NCBI GenBank assembly: GCA_045594665.1
Contig: JAZNYX010000062.1
Coordinates: forward strand, 15,951-79,950
Source: Clostridia bacterium
Lineage (GTDB): Bacteria > Bacillota > Clostridia > UMGS1883
Reading direction: 5' to 3'
Length of the DNA: 64,000 bases
The translations under genes were made by a program, and so were the position numbers. Below are positions 1-8,970 of this stretch, one piece after another; within the stretch, counting starts at the first letter, position 1, and every line of letters begins with the position of its first letter. The notes beneath the pieces are model-generated. The model was not told the DNA's origin, made no database searches, and saw only the letters and a list, made by a program, of their open reading frames with translations.

Positions 1-30
1 GGATATCCTCCGCGAAGGGAGAGGATATCC
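1..30. repeat. perfect 10-bp inverted repeat hairpin (GGATATCCTC-N10-GAGGATATCC)
   Basis: Read directly: positions 1-10 are the exact reverse complement of 21-30. Confidence 0.6.
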
Positions 31-61
31 CGGCCTCAACGGCTGCTTGTTGTCTCAAAAA

Positions 62-116
62 TTTTAATACCGAAAGCATTTTTCGAACTTTTTCGAAGTC
101 CTTTCCGGTATTAAAA
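62..116. repeat. 15/16-bp inverted repeat enclosing two TTTTTCGAA motifs
   Basis: TTTTAATACCGAAAG (62-76) pairs with CTTTCCGGTATTAAAA (101-116) with one bulge. TTCGAA recurs at 82-87, 92-97, 137-142 and 180-185. Confidence 0.55.
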
Positions 117-200
117 GCATCAATTATACGTATAACTTCGAAGCTCCAACACCTATTATTATAGGGGTTCACGCACTTTTTCGAAGCATCGGAGTAAAAA

Positions 201-899
201 TTAGTATTTACATAAATATAGTTTTGCCAAGTAGAAATTTTTCTGGCTTGACTCCTCAATATGGCAGTTCCCCATATTCTTCATTATATGCCTTTCACAG
301 AGACCTAAGTAGTATTTAGCAACTCTCTTTACTCCTTTAATCCCTTGCTGTTTTATCGTCGTCATTAAAGCATTTATTTCGTTAATACTCTGTTTTGCGT
401 TATACTCATTGCACTTGTATGCAATTCTTGCGGCCTTTATTCTGACATCTCTTTCAGCAAGAGATTCCAAGGGGCTAGTATTGGGTTGGAGAAAAGAATA
501 TATCAAAGCTAATATATCCTCATCCTTGTCAATGCCTTTTGCATATAAAACCTCAAAAGTATTAGCGAGCAGGTCAAGATTGTGCTGCTCCATATACTTG
601 CCGGATGATAGCAACACATTTTTCATTCGGTCGCGATAATCCAACCAGTTTTTATAGGGGAAATGCTTTTGTAGTATGCTACAGTATGCATTCACATATT
701 CTACATCAAATATGCTTTCCTCTAATAGTTTTGTTATAACACTTACGGCACTATCTGCATAATGATTATTCACCATATAGTTTATCGCTTCGAGCATTGT
801 TGTCTTGTCATAACCCTCATTGAGAGCCTCTTTTGCAGCATTGAACATAACGGAATTATGTTTAATACCCTCTAATTCATTGTGTAAATCAACTTTCAT
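201..899 (-). CDS. hypothetical protein, predicted helical (232 aa); last gene of a 3-gene cassette
   Basis: Long ORF with AGGAGG 8 nt upstream of the ATG. The ATG lies 11 nt inside the end of the upstream gene, suggesting translational coupling. No family recognised. Confidence 0.55.
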   Translation of the reverse strand: MKVDLHNELEGIKHNSVMFNAAKEALNEGYDKTTMLEAINYMVNNHYADSAVSVITKLLEESIFDVEYVNAYCSILQKHFPYKNWLDYRDRMKNVLLSSGKYMEQHNLDLLANTFEVLYAKGIDKDEDILALIYSFLQPNTSPLESLAERDVRIKAARIAYKCNEYNAKQSINEINALMTTIKQQGIKGVKRVAKYYLGLCERHIMKNMGNCHIEESSQKNFYLAKLYLCKY

Positions 900-2640
900 C
901 TATTTTTCCTCCTATATCGTTTAAGATGTGTTTTTTCAGGTTATATCCTGTAACACTATTAATTTGCTTGCCGTTAATATAACTATTAATTTTTATTTCA
1001 TGCGTATTAAGGTTGCTTCTATGAGTCCCGATTAAGTCTTGTTCTTTCAGTGCTTTCAATAAAGCTTTTTCGGTAATATTCAATTCAATACCTTCTTCTC
1101 TCAATAGTTTTATGACCTTTTTAAACACGACATCTTTCTTTATGAAGTACTCATCGCTTCGTTCCAGCACATCAAAATCACTGCTGCCCTTTTGAGAGTA
1201 ATCAATTACTCTTAGCCTGTTAGAGTCTTTCAGTTCAAAGAACGCTCTGATAAACAAAGTTACCGGATCTCGCTCAAATTTATTATGCTGCTGGATAATA
1301 TGAGCTAAAAGCTCTTTTTTATAATCAAAATCAAGCTCTATTCCACTAATCGAGAAAAACTCGTTCATATAATCCCACATAACCGACATCCACGCTAACA
1401 TTTCTGGGTATCTACCATGGAGGTGGTGTTCATAAGTAATTTCAGTATATTTTTTTCGTTCATTTTCGACTTTAGTTATAAATTCTTTATCAAAGTCGTT
1501 AATGTTCATAATATACTGAATAAAACAATGAATAAATGAATTATATTTATCAATGTTATCAACCAACTCCGTTAAGACAGTATTGTTAATAGTGTTTTCA
1601 TCAAAATTTAGCATTAACATTCTGGGGAAGGAGGATGATTGCAGCTTAGGATATTCCTCTCCGGTGAAAAGTGCCAGGCCTGTGGTTACAGTTCCGTCTG
1701 GTCGTCCTCCGATAACAATCCCGCCGTTGGAGGTATCGTCTCCGCACAAACGAATAATCCTCTCCATACGTTCATTATTAGCTGTGGAGTTTATTTTAAA
1801 ATCATCCACCAAAGTACACCCATTTGAATTCTTTTTGAATTTTCTGGTAATAAGTGACATCGAGTCAGTAAAGCTACATTCGCAGTCTTTACTCTTAGTT
1901 GGGTTCGCTAGAGGCCTTGCCGTGGATGTCTTTCTCGAGCCAGTTTCCCCGATAATCGTCAGGGAGAACATCGGGGAAAATCGGTATGCTTCATAAAATC
2001 TTAATTTTAGTAAGCTGAGGAAATAGAAGAGCACAATTGAAATTATCGCAAACTTATTGTTGCTTAGGTTTTCTATTATTCTCGATACAAAGATACATAC
2101 ATCCTGACGGTCTACTATGAACATTTCATCATTTTGCTCTGGTATACAACGAATAATAGAATCTTGATCAACAATAAAGTCGCCATGTATGAATTTTGTA
2201 TTGTTTTCAATCCATCCATTTCCTATATAAACTTTTTTTACAGGCACTTCTTTTAAAGCAATATAATAAAGGTCAAAAAACAGTTTCCATATCTCATAGG
2301 TGAACTCGCAAAAAACTTTACCGCCAAAACGTCTCACATAATAGGCACGGCTACAAACTGAAACAGAGGAACGTTTGAATGCAACACTCATCTGTCCATT
2401 ATTATACAGATACAGGGTTTGCTCAGAATATTGGTCATCTTTGGTTACATATACTTTTTCCTCAACTGGAATTAGAAATGTGGAAATTTCAAAAGTTTCC
2501 TCCTCTTCTTCTCCAGACTGCTTGTTTTTCACACGTTTTGTATATAATATACTGATTTCGCCGTCATTTTCTTGAACCTCAAAATTTTCTATTTCATCAA
2601 TTATCCCCAGAAAATTCTGCAAAATTTCTTCAATAGACAT
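889..2640 (-). CDS. P-loop NTPase with deviant Walker A (583 aa), family unassigned
   Basis: Walker-A-like IIGETGSRKTS and Walker-B-like CTLVDDF about 45 aa later. AGGAGG 10 nt upstream of the ATG at 2640; the track ORF start at 2661 is a TTG inside the RBS region. Confidence 0.6.
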   Translation of the reverse strand: MSIEEILQNFLGIIDEIENFEVQENDGEISILYTKRVKNKQSGEEEEETFEISTFLIPVEEKVYVTKDDQYSEQTLYLYNNGQMSVAFKRSSVSVCSRAYYVRRFGGKVFCEFTYEIWKLFFDLYYIALKEVPVKKVYIGNGWIENNTKFIHGDFIVDQDSIIRCIPEQNDEMFIVDRQDVCIFVSRIIENLSNNKFAIISIVLFYFLSLLKLRFYEAYRFSPMFSLTIIGETGSRKTSTARPLANPTKSKDCECSFTDSMSLITRKFKKNSNGCTLVDDFKINSTANNERMERIIRLCGDDTSNGGIVIGGRPDGTVTTGLALFTGEEYPKLQSSSFPRMLMLNFDENTINNTVLTELVDNIDKYNSFIHCFIQYIMNINDFDKEFITKVENERKKYTEITYEHHLHGRYPEMLAWMSVMWDYMNEFFSISGIELDFDYKKELLAHIIQQHNKFERDPVTLFIRAFFELKDSNRLRVIDYSQKGSSDFDVLERSDEYFIKKDVVFKKVIKLLREEGIELNITEKALLKALKEQDLIGTHRSNLNTHEIKINSYINGKQINSVTGYNLKKHILNDIGGKIDES

Positions 2641-2888
2641 TTTTATCTTTCCTCCTTTCAAAAATGCCTGATGTAGATAATTTTTGCCTATGGATCTTTT
2701 AATTTTTCTGAATTATATTTCAAATATTTGAAGTAATAATTCATTATACATACCTCCCAATTCAATTTAGGAAATTGCTGTATTTCCTTCATGGATAATA
2801 TATCATGAGATTCTATAAAAATCCATAGGAGAAAAGAGTACTAAAAAATTCCTACCCGAAACTTAACTGCTTAGGTAGGAATTTTTTG

Positions 2889-3776
2889 CTATTTAATCTT
2901 GTTTTTTGCTCTTTCATATATTTCGTCTGTGGTTGCATGAAACGGATGCTTTGTCATGTTTTTTTGTTTTTTATTTTTGCAGTTTTGATACTCATCGTAA
3001 TCCAGACCAAATTTTTTACATATTCTCTGTTCTTCGTTTGCACGACTTGTTTCAGCAATAGTTTTTATTCCGGGAATATTATTAATTTCCGCATCAACAA
3101 AGCTAAACATACGCTCATCATTGGATAACTCAGTGGCGTGATAACAGAATTCATTAAACCGTTCTTCTGCTACGTTTTCAAATAAAGCAATGCTTTTCTT
3201 TATATTTTGCATTATTTCTTCAAAAAGCCTGATTTTATCACTTTCATAGAGATACTCCCAACATATAGTTTGATCGTCTTCATCAGTCCTATCTAAAACA
3301 AGAATTTTCATATATGTCTTGAATAAATCTAAAAAGTACCTCTCTTCATAGTATTTTCGTAAAATCGGATAACGAATTTTTTTAATTATGTTTTCCTTTA
3401 AGGTTAAAAACTCTTCGTCTTTTACATATGCTTTTACAAAATCAAACAGGTTCTGAAGTTCTTCTATATAATTCAAGTAATCACTATGATCTAAATTTTC
3501 CCCTTTTCTTATTTTTTTAAATAAAGCAGATTGTTCTTTGTCAAGTAATAGCATAATATAATTTTTTTGGGAAACATTTGCTTCAAACTCGTATTTTCCA
3601 CTTTCATTTTTCAAAAAAGAAAGATTATCAAGACCCAAGCAATTACAAGCACTGATAAGCTTCTTGCGCAAATATTTATGTCTCTCTTCAGCTCCCGCAG
3701 TATATTTATGTTCTTTTTTGTCTTCTGCAGTATATTTCTTCTCAGCATATTCATCAAAAATATCATTAAGCGTCAT
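2889..3776 (-). CDS. hypothetical protein (295 aa), first gene of the cassette
   Basis: Long ORF, Lys/Glu-rich and predicted helical. GGGGTGG lies 5 nt upstream of the ATG at 3776, with an alternative GTG at 3785. No family recognised. Confidence 0.5.
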   Translation of the reverse strand: MTLNDIFDEYAEKKYTAEDKKEHKYTAGAEERHKYLRKKLISACNCLGLDNLSFLKNESGKYEFEANVSQKNYIMLLLDKEQSALFKKIRKGENLDHSDYLNYIEELQNLFDFVKAYVKDEEFLTLKENIIKKIRYPILRKYYEERYFLDLFKTYMKILVLDRTDEDDQTICWEYLYESDKIRLFEEIMQNIKKSIALFENVAEERFNEFCYHATELSNDERMFSFVDAEINNIPGIKTIAETSRANEEQRICKKFGLDYDEYQNCKNKKQKNMTKHPFHATTDEIYERAKNKIK

Positions 3777-3889
3777 ATAAACCACCCCTAAAGAATCATA
3801 ATGTGAAACACTTACTAAAGTATATCATAAACAGGACGGTTTATCAATCCCATATGTTTTAAAAACAAAGAATTAATACTTTAACTTAA

Positions 3890-3919
3890 AAGGTGAGCAT
3901 TATTACCAATGCTCACCTT
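3890..3919 (-). terminator. stem-loop downstream of the HEPN gene
   Basis: AAGGTGAGCAT-N8-ATGCTCACCTT, an 11-bp stem 16 nt after the stop at 3935. The U-tract on the minus strand is weak. Confidence 0.45.
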
Positions 3920-3934
3920 CTGAATACATATTAT

Positions 3935-4336
3935 TTAGTTCCATTTTTCTTCCAAATGATTTTCAATTAATGTTAAAATTTTCTTTGCTTTTTCAAACTG
4001 GGTTAATGCATCATTTTTTGACACAACGTAAAAATCATCATAGTCGCTTGCCGTTCTTACTCTGAAAAGCGATGAAATGGAGTCTGAAAACTCTTTATCG
4101 AAAAAGTCTGTTTTTAAATAAAACTCCCTGAATTTTGCAATAATACCGGAATGCTTTTTTGAATCAAATTCATCAAGAATCAATACAGCCCTCATCGAAT
4201 GGAATGCAGCATAGTATGCTCTGTTTGCAGCACCTTTATACTCCCCGGCGGAAAGCAATATTTCAGATTCCTTAAGACAGTCTTTCGCATGTTCGATACG
4301 TGCTTTAGAAAGGTTTATCAAATCTTCGTTATGCAA
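3935..4336 (-). CDS. HEPN domain protein (UPF0332-type), toxin partner of the MNT
   Basis: NRAYYAAFHSMRAVL...KKHSG...RVRTASDYDD is the typical HEPN/UPF0332 pattern. The likely TTG start at 4336 overlaps the MNT stop (TTGCATAA). The track ORF extends to 4417 inside the MNT gene. Confidence 0.75.
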   Translation of the reverse strand: MHNEDLINLSKARIEHAKDCLKESEILLSAGEYKGAANRAYYAAFHSMRAVLILDEFDSKKHSGIIAKFREFYLKTDFFDKEFSDSISSLFRVRTASDYDDFYVVSKNDALTQFEKAKKILTLIENHLEEKWN

Positions 4337-4667
4337 TCTTAACCCCTTCTTTCGCAATATTCTTATAGAACGGGAGTATTTGCGAGTACTTCGTGTAAGT
4401 CTCGTAATCTTTCTCAATTATGGATACCAAAATGCCATAATCAAAAAGAAGTGTGCCACAGATTGAATCAATCTTATCGCGGTAAGCACTTATCTCATCT
4501 GTCGGCAAATTTGCAACTATAAGAATGTCCACATCGGATTCCTCGTCAAAATCGCCCCTTGCATAGGAACCGAACAATATCACATCAGCAAGCTTATCTT
4601 TAAATAAGTCTTTTGAAAAAGAAACAACCTTATCAAGGATTTCCTTGAGCATAGTCTGTGTGCACAT
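4329..4667 (-). CDS. minimal nucleotidyltransferase (MNT, NTP_transf_2), antitoxin partner of the HEPN protein
   Basis: ILFGSYARGDFDEESDVDILIV matches the GS-x-RGD ... DxD Pol-beta-type nucleotidyltransferase signature. It sits directly upstream of and overlaps the HEPN gene. Confidence 0.85.
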   Translation of the reverse strand: MCTQTMLKEILDKVVSFSKDLFKDKLADVILFGSYARGDFDEESDVDILIVANLPTDEISAYRDKIDSICGTLLFDYGILVSIIEKDYETYTKYSQILPFYKNIAKEGVKIA

Positions 4668-4833
4668 ATGACTCCCTCCTTCATTTTTATTATATCCTTT
4701 TACTATAAAAATTGCAATAATAATTTTTCACTTTCCTAAGTTTCACCGTCCTCTTTCTTTGCGTTATAAACTGCTACTATGACCTCAATCAGTGCCACCA
4801 GCACCAGTTTTATGTACTTCATATTCTTGTCAT

Positions 4834-5769
4834 TTATATTTCACCGCCCATATAGTAAATGTATTCTTCAATTTCTTCAGGAGAGAACCCTTTCCCGAGA
4901 AGCTTGTCAATATCATCGGGGGAATACCCCTGATAACAGGCTATTGATTTTAAATCCTCTATGTATTGATTTTTCGAGTAGGTTCTTCCCCATCCGCAGG
5001 AAGAAAATCCAAAATCCCACCAGTTCTTTCCGCTGTAGTAGCTGTATTCAAAGTTCTCTTTGGTAAGTTTTCCGCCATAGCCGATTTTAAGTATCTCACC
5101 TTCACTTATCTTGATTTCCTCATACTCAGCACTTTTAAGTTTCGGAAACAGCGGAGAATCTACAAGGGCTTTGTAGAGTATTTCATCAGTACTGGCATAG
5201 ACATAGAGCTTAAGCTTCGGAAAATGAAGTATTGATACAGGGGAATCACCCTTAACAAGATAGAGATTGTTTCTGTCATCAAGGATTGAAAAGCTGAAGC
5301 TTCCTTCAACCTTTTCTGCCATGTATTTAATACTGTCAAATCCGATTCTTTTCTAACTTTCTATAAGCTGTACCGCTATATATGAATCCGTTTCGACCTT
5401 TGTTTTGGGAAGCTTGTACTTCTTTTTTAATTCATCATCGTTATATAGTACTCCGTTATGTGCAAGGGAAAACCTTGCATTTTTTGTTTTGCCGAAAAAG
5501 GGATGATTGTTATAGTTTCTTTTCTCGCTTCCTTGGGTACTGTGGCGTGTATGACCTATCAGTGCTTTCAGGTTGTCGGAATGCTGAAAATCAATTTTAT
5601 TTGCAGCTTTTGCTTCTTTGATAATTCTGATTATTCCTCCGCTGACAAATGATATCCCCGTTGCATCTGTACCTCTTACGGATGCGTGTTCTGCAAGAGC
5701 ATTAGTAAGGTCAGACAATCCTTTAATGTCCTTATTACTGTAGTTTACAAATCCGAACAAACCGCACAT
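4834..5769 (-). pseudogene. class-II (Ntn) glutamine amidotransferase interrupted by one in-frame TAG
   Basis: The N-terminus MCGLFGF carries the Cys2 nucleophile, followed by HTRHSTQG and HNG motifs. ORFs 5353..5769 and 4834..5322 share a frame and are separated only by TAG at 5353-5355 (..VQLIES*KRIGFDSIKYMAEK..). Confidence 0.7.
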
Positions 5770-6357
5770 TTACATCTCCTCCGTTTCGCTTGATATTTCG
5801 TTTACATACAGTCGTTTCTGCTTAAGGTAGTCTATAAGCTCCGCTTTTTTGGGTAGAATCTTCTGCACAAAGTCACTCCAGGACATATTTTCCATTTCAA
5901 GGTCTGCCATATGAATCGCATGGAAGCATATTTCGTCTACAAGCTGAAGTGTAGCGATAAAGGTCTCGTGGTTGAGTGTTCCCCTGAACAGGCGAAATTC
6001 AATGGTATTGTTGTTTTCAAGGTTAACCGCAACATACCGCCCCATATGTCTGTCCTTGGCTTTCTTGTATGTTTCTTCCGTTGTGGTAGAGATAGTTGCA
6101 TATCTCGCCGCCCATCGGTTAAGATTCTCGATTGTTCTTCTGCTGAACTTAACTATTTCATTCCAATGCTTTTCTACGAAGAAAACAATTCTCCCTATAA
6201 CTGCTTCCTGCTGTTCATATGTTTTACCAAATGCATCTCTGCTTACGTGGATATGTAGCCCACATGTACTTGTCTGGTGTGACCTGTAGCCTAAGCTTAT
6301 GGCCTTATCAAAGACTTCGCTCCAGTTCATCTTATTCAGATGATAGTCAAGACTCAT
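5770..6357 (-). pseudogene. amidoligase-family protein (Amidoligase_2-like), apparently 5-prime truncated
   Basis: A TSTCGLHIHVS motif with following helices resembles the C-terminal half of glutamine-synthetase-like amidoligases. No N-terminal half and only a weak RBS. Its stop abuts the GATase ATG (TAAATG). Confidence 0.5.
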
Positions 6358-6508
6358 ATCCTACTTGTTTTTAAGGTACGATTATGTTATAATCAGCATA
6401 GCATAACAATCATTATGTGTCAATTTACACGCTTTATGTTGGAAAAACAATCATCTTTTTGAAAGTTTGCGTGATTCAAAAAATCAATTTATGAATGAGG
6501 TGCTTTAG

Positions 6509-7219
6509 ATGCCGTTCTATGAAAGAGAAGAAAAAATCCTAAACATGCTTATGCAGAAGAAAGAATACTCGGTAAACGAACTTGCTCAAAGACTTTATAT
6601 CAGTGTCCCTACCATGCGCAGGGATTTAATTAAGCTGGAAAAGAAGGGTAAAGTCATAAGAACACATGGCGGCGTAACTCTTATAAAAAAATCCGCCGAT
6701 TCTAAAATTCCATTTTTTCTTCGCGAATATGAACGAAACAGTGCCAAAGTCCAAATGGCGCAGAAGGCAACTGAATTTATTTCCGACGGTATCACAATTA
6801 TGCTGGACGGCACCACAAGTGCATACAACTTAATTCCGCATCTTTCTGATTTCAAAAATCTGATTGTTATTACAAGCGGTGTAAAAGCCTCTTTCGCACT
6901 GGCTGAAATGGGAATAGATAATATTTGCACCGGAGGCAGAATTCTTGATAAAAGCTTCTCTTATGTTGGTGAAGATACTTGCAGAACAATATCCGCCTAT
7001 AATGCAGACATTGTTTTTTTCTCCTGCAGAGGTGTCTCCGAAGATGGGTGGCTTTCTGATAATTCTCCCGAAGAAAACATTGTTCGCCGTACTATGATAA
7101 ACCGTTCAAAGAAAAAGGTTTTACTATGTGACAGCAGCAAGTTTGGAAAAACCTATCTGAACAATCTTTGTCATATAAGTGAGATTGACGACATTATTTG
7201 TGAAACCCAGCTTCCTTAG
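6509..7219 (+). CDS. DeoR family transcriptional regulator
   Basis: N-terminal HTH (ELAQRLYISVPTMRRDLIKLEKKGKVIRTHGG) plus a DeoR C-terminal sensor domain. Confidence 0.9.
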   Translation: MPFYEREEKILNMLMQKKEYSVNELAQRLYISVPTMRRDLIKLEKKGKVIRTHGGVTLIKKSADSKIPFFLREYERNSAKVQMAQKATEFISDGITIMLDGTTSAYNLIPHLSDFKNLIVITSGVKASFALAEMGIDNICTGGRILDKSFSYVGEDTCRTISAYNADIVFFSCRGVSEDGWLSDNSPEENIVRRTMINRSKKKVLLCDSSKFGKTYLNNLCHISEIDDIICETQLP

Positions 7220-7255
7220 TACATTAAAGATTTACTTAAATAATTTCCGGCTCTT

Positions 7256-7299
7256 GCCTGTAGCACAGCATACTCACCGCTGCTACAGGCATATTTTTT
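7256..7299 (+). terminator. intrinsic terminator between deoR and the oxidoreductase remnant
   Basis: GCCTGTAGCA-N15-TGCTACAGGC followed by ATATTTTTT. Confidence 0.6.
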
Positions 7300-7309
7300 A
7301 ATAAACCTC

Positions 7310-7836
7310 TTATAGATAAGCTCCGTTTTCTTTTAATGTTTCTCTCAATTCATTTATATCAATATCGCGTATTTTGCATTGCGACGTTACAGCTATTGCT
7401 GCGGCTGTTCCCGCTGCCTGCCCCATTCCCATACAAGGTGGCATTACCCTTACAGCTCCTGCTGCGGTCGAATCGGCACTAAGGCATCTGCCCGCAATCA
7501 GAAGCTGCTCTGCTCCTACAGGAACCAAACTGCGGTAAGGTATACCGTAATATTTTCCGCTGATGGGAATATATTCATTGCTCTTTGGTCCGAAACGTCC
7601 GTGAACATCTACTGAATTTGCTGCAAGCAAGATAGCATCATCGGGAACCATTGCCTGCAAAAGATCATCTGCCGTTAATCTATATTCACCCTTTATATGT
7701 CTGCTCTCACGAATTCCTACATAGGATGCAGTTGCCTTGAGCCTTGCATCAGCACAACCGGGAACATACTTTCTGAAGAAATTCATAATTTCATCAGCCT
7801 GTTTTCTTCCCACAATTTCAGCTTTCGTGAGGCTAA
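7310..7836 (-). pseudogene. 3-prime fragment of an FAD-dependent oxidoreductase (FAD_oxidored type), N-terminal FAD-binding part missing
   Basis: LTKAEIVGRKQ..FFRKYVPGC..GIRESRHIKGEY..IPYRSL..GRC..RVMPPCMGMGQAAG is the C-terminal third of this family. Recognisable similarity stops at about 7836, where the Rep-like ORF starts. Confidence 0.7.
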
Positions 7837-8918
7837 TGACTATACATACATTTGAAACGAGTTGCCTGCTTTCCGGAGATGATTACTATTTAATCCAAGA
7901 GAAGCTAAAAAAATCTGACCCATCCAAATGGGCAAAGGAATCAACCGGAATGAGCTACTGGGGACTTTCCAAAGAAGGAATCATAATAAAAATGTTTATA
8001 ACCAAAAACAAAAAGAAAGGCTTCTATGCCTACAATATCATATATAGAATATCCGCCCGACGTGTCATGAATAATCATGATTTTGTCGGGCTTTTTGATA
8101 CAAACGATTATGAAGAACTTGAAGCAAAAGCAAACTCTATCCTTCACAAAAAATGCAAGCTCCTCCCTGCTCTTGAGGAATGTAAAATGAGAAGAATTGA
8201 TTATTGCATTAACGCAGAGCTTGATAGCCAAGAACAGGTTAAGGCGTATATAAAGACAATGAAGCGAGCAAATGTTCCGAATCATCTTAAATTGCTCGAA
8301 GCATATGATAAAAAGTCAAAAAGAACAAAACCTATGAAAGATGCTTTTACAGTATACAACGATAACTATATAGCGGTTTCAATATATAACAAACAGCGAC
8401 AAATGATTAAAGAACAAAAAGAGTCAAACAAAGCTATTTTCCCCGAAGCAGAAATCAAGCAAGCGGAAAACATAGTCCGTATTGAAATACGTTGTATGGA
8501 AGGTAAGGTCAGTGAATTAAAGAAGAAATTCAAATTGAATAGTATTAGCGACTTTATGGAGTCTTCACAGGAAATAGGAGATTATTTATTCAGATATTAT
8601 CTATCAAGGATATATAATGACGGAAGAATCTGCACACTTTCAGAAGCGCTGAAAAGAATTGATATGGGCGAATATCGACCTGAAAACACGAAGCTTTTAA
8701 AAGAATTTATAGAGTATTCCAACCATTTCAGAAGTGCTGCAAAATCAGTCTCTCTGTACAGAGAATGCTCAGGTAAAAAGGAAGTTAATCGTATAATCTG
8801 GATGCTCTCTAATATAGAAACCAACTATGTTACTGCTACAACCGAAGTCGTAAAGTTGTTTGACAACGGATATATTCCTACACCATTTGAGCTGTATGAA
8901 GAGTGGTACATGCTTTAA
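7836..8918 (+). CDS. replication-initiator-like protein (resembles the Rep_trans / phage CRI type), tentative
   Basis: Motif pattern RIDYCINAEL ... FTVYNDNYIAVSIYNK ... IVRIEIRC resembles rolling-circle Rep proteins. ATG at 7836; the track ORF start at 7737 overlaps the oxidoreductase remnant. Confidence 0.45.
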   Translation: MTIHTFETSCLLSGDDYYLIQEKLKKSDPSKWAKESTGMSYWGLSKEGIIIKMFITKNKKKGFYAYNIIYRISARRVMNNHDFVGLFDTNDYEELEAKANSILHKKCKLLPALEECKMRRIDYCINAELDSQEQVKAYIKTMKRANVPNHLKLLEAYDKKSKRTKPMKDAFTVYNDNYIAVSIYNKQRQMIKEQKESNKAIFPEAEIKQAENIVRIEIRCMEGKVSELKKKFKLNSISDFMESSQEIGDYLFRYYLSRIYNDGRICTLSEALKRIDMGEYRPENTKLLKEFIEYSNHFRSAAKSVSLYRECSGKKEVNRIIWMLSNIETNYVTATTEVVKLFDNGYIPTPFELYEEWYML

Positions 8919-8970
8919 AAACATGTTGTCCCAAAGCTCAACTTGACTGGTACAATAAAACGCAGCTGAT

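Noticed and set aside
7737-7835. First 33 codons of the track ORF 7737..8918
   Set aside because: They overlap the oxidoreductase remnant on the opposite strand. The internal ATG at 7836 sits at the breakpoint and is the more plausible start.
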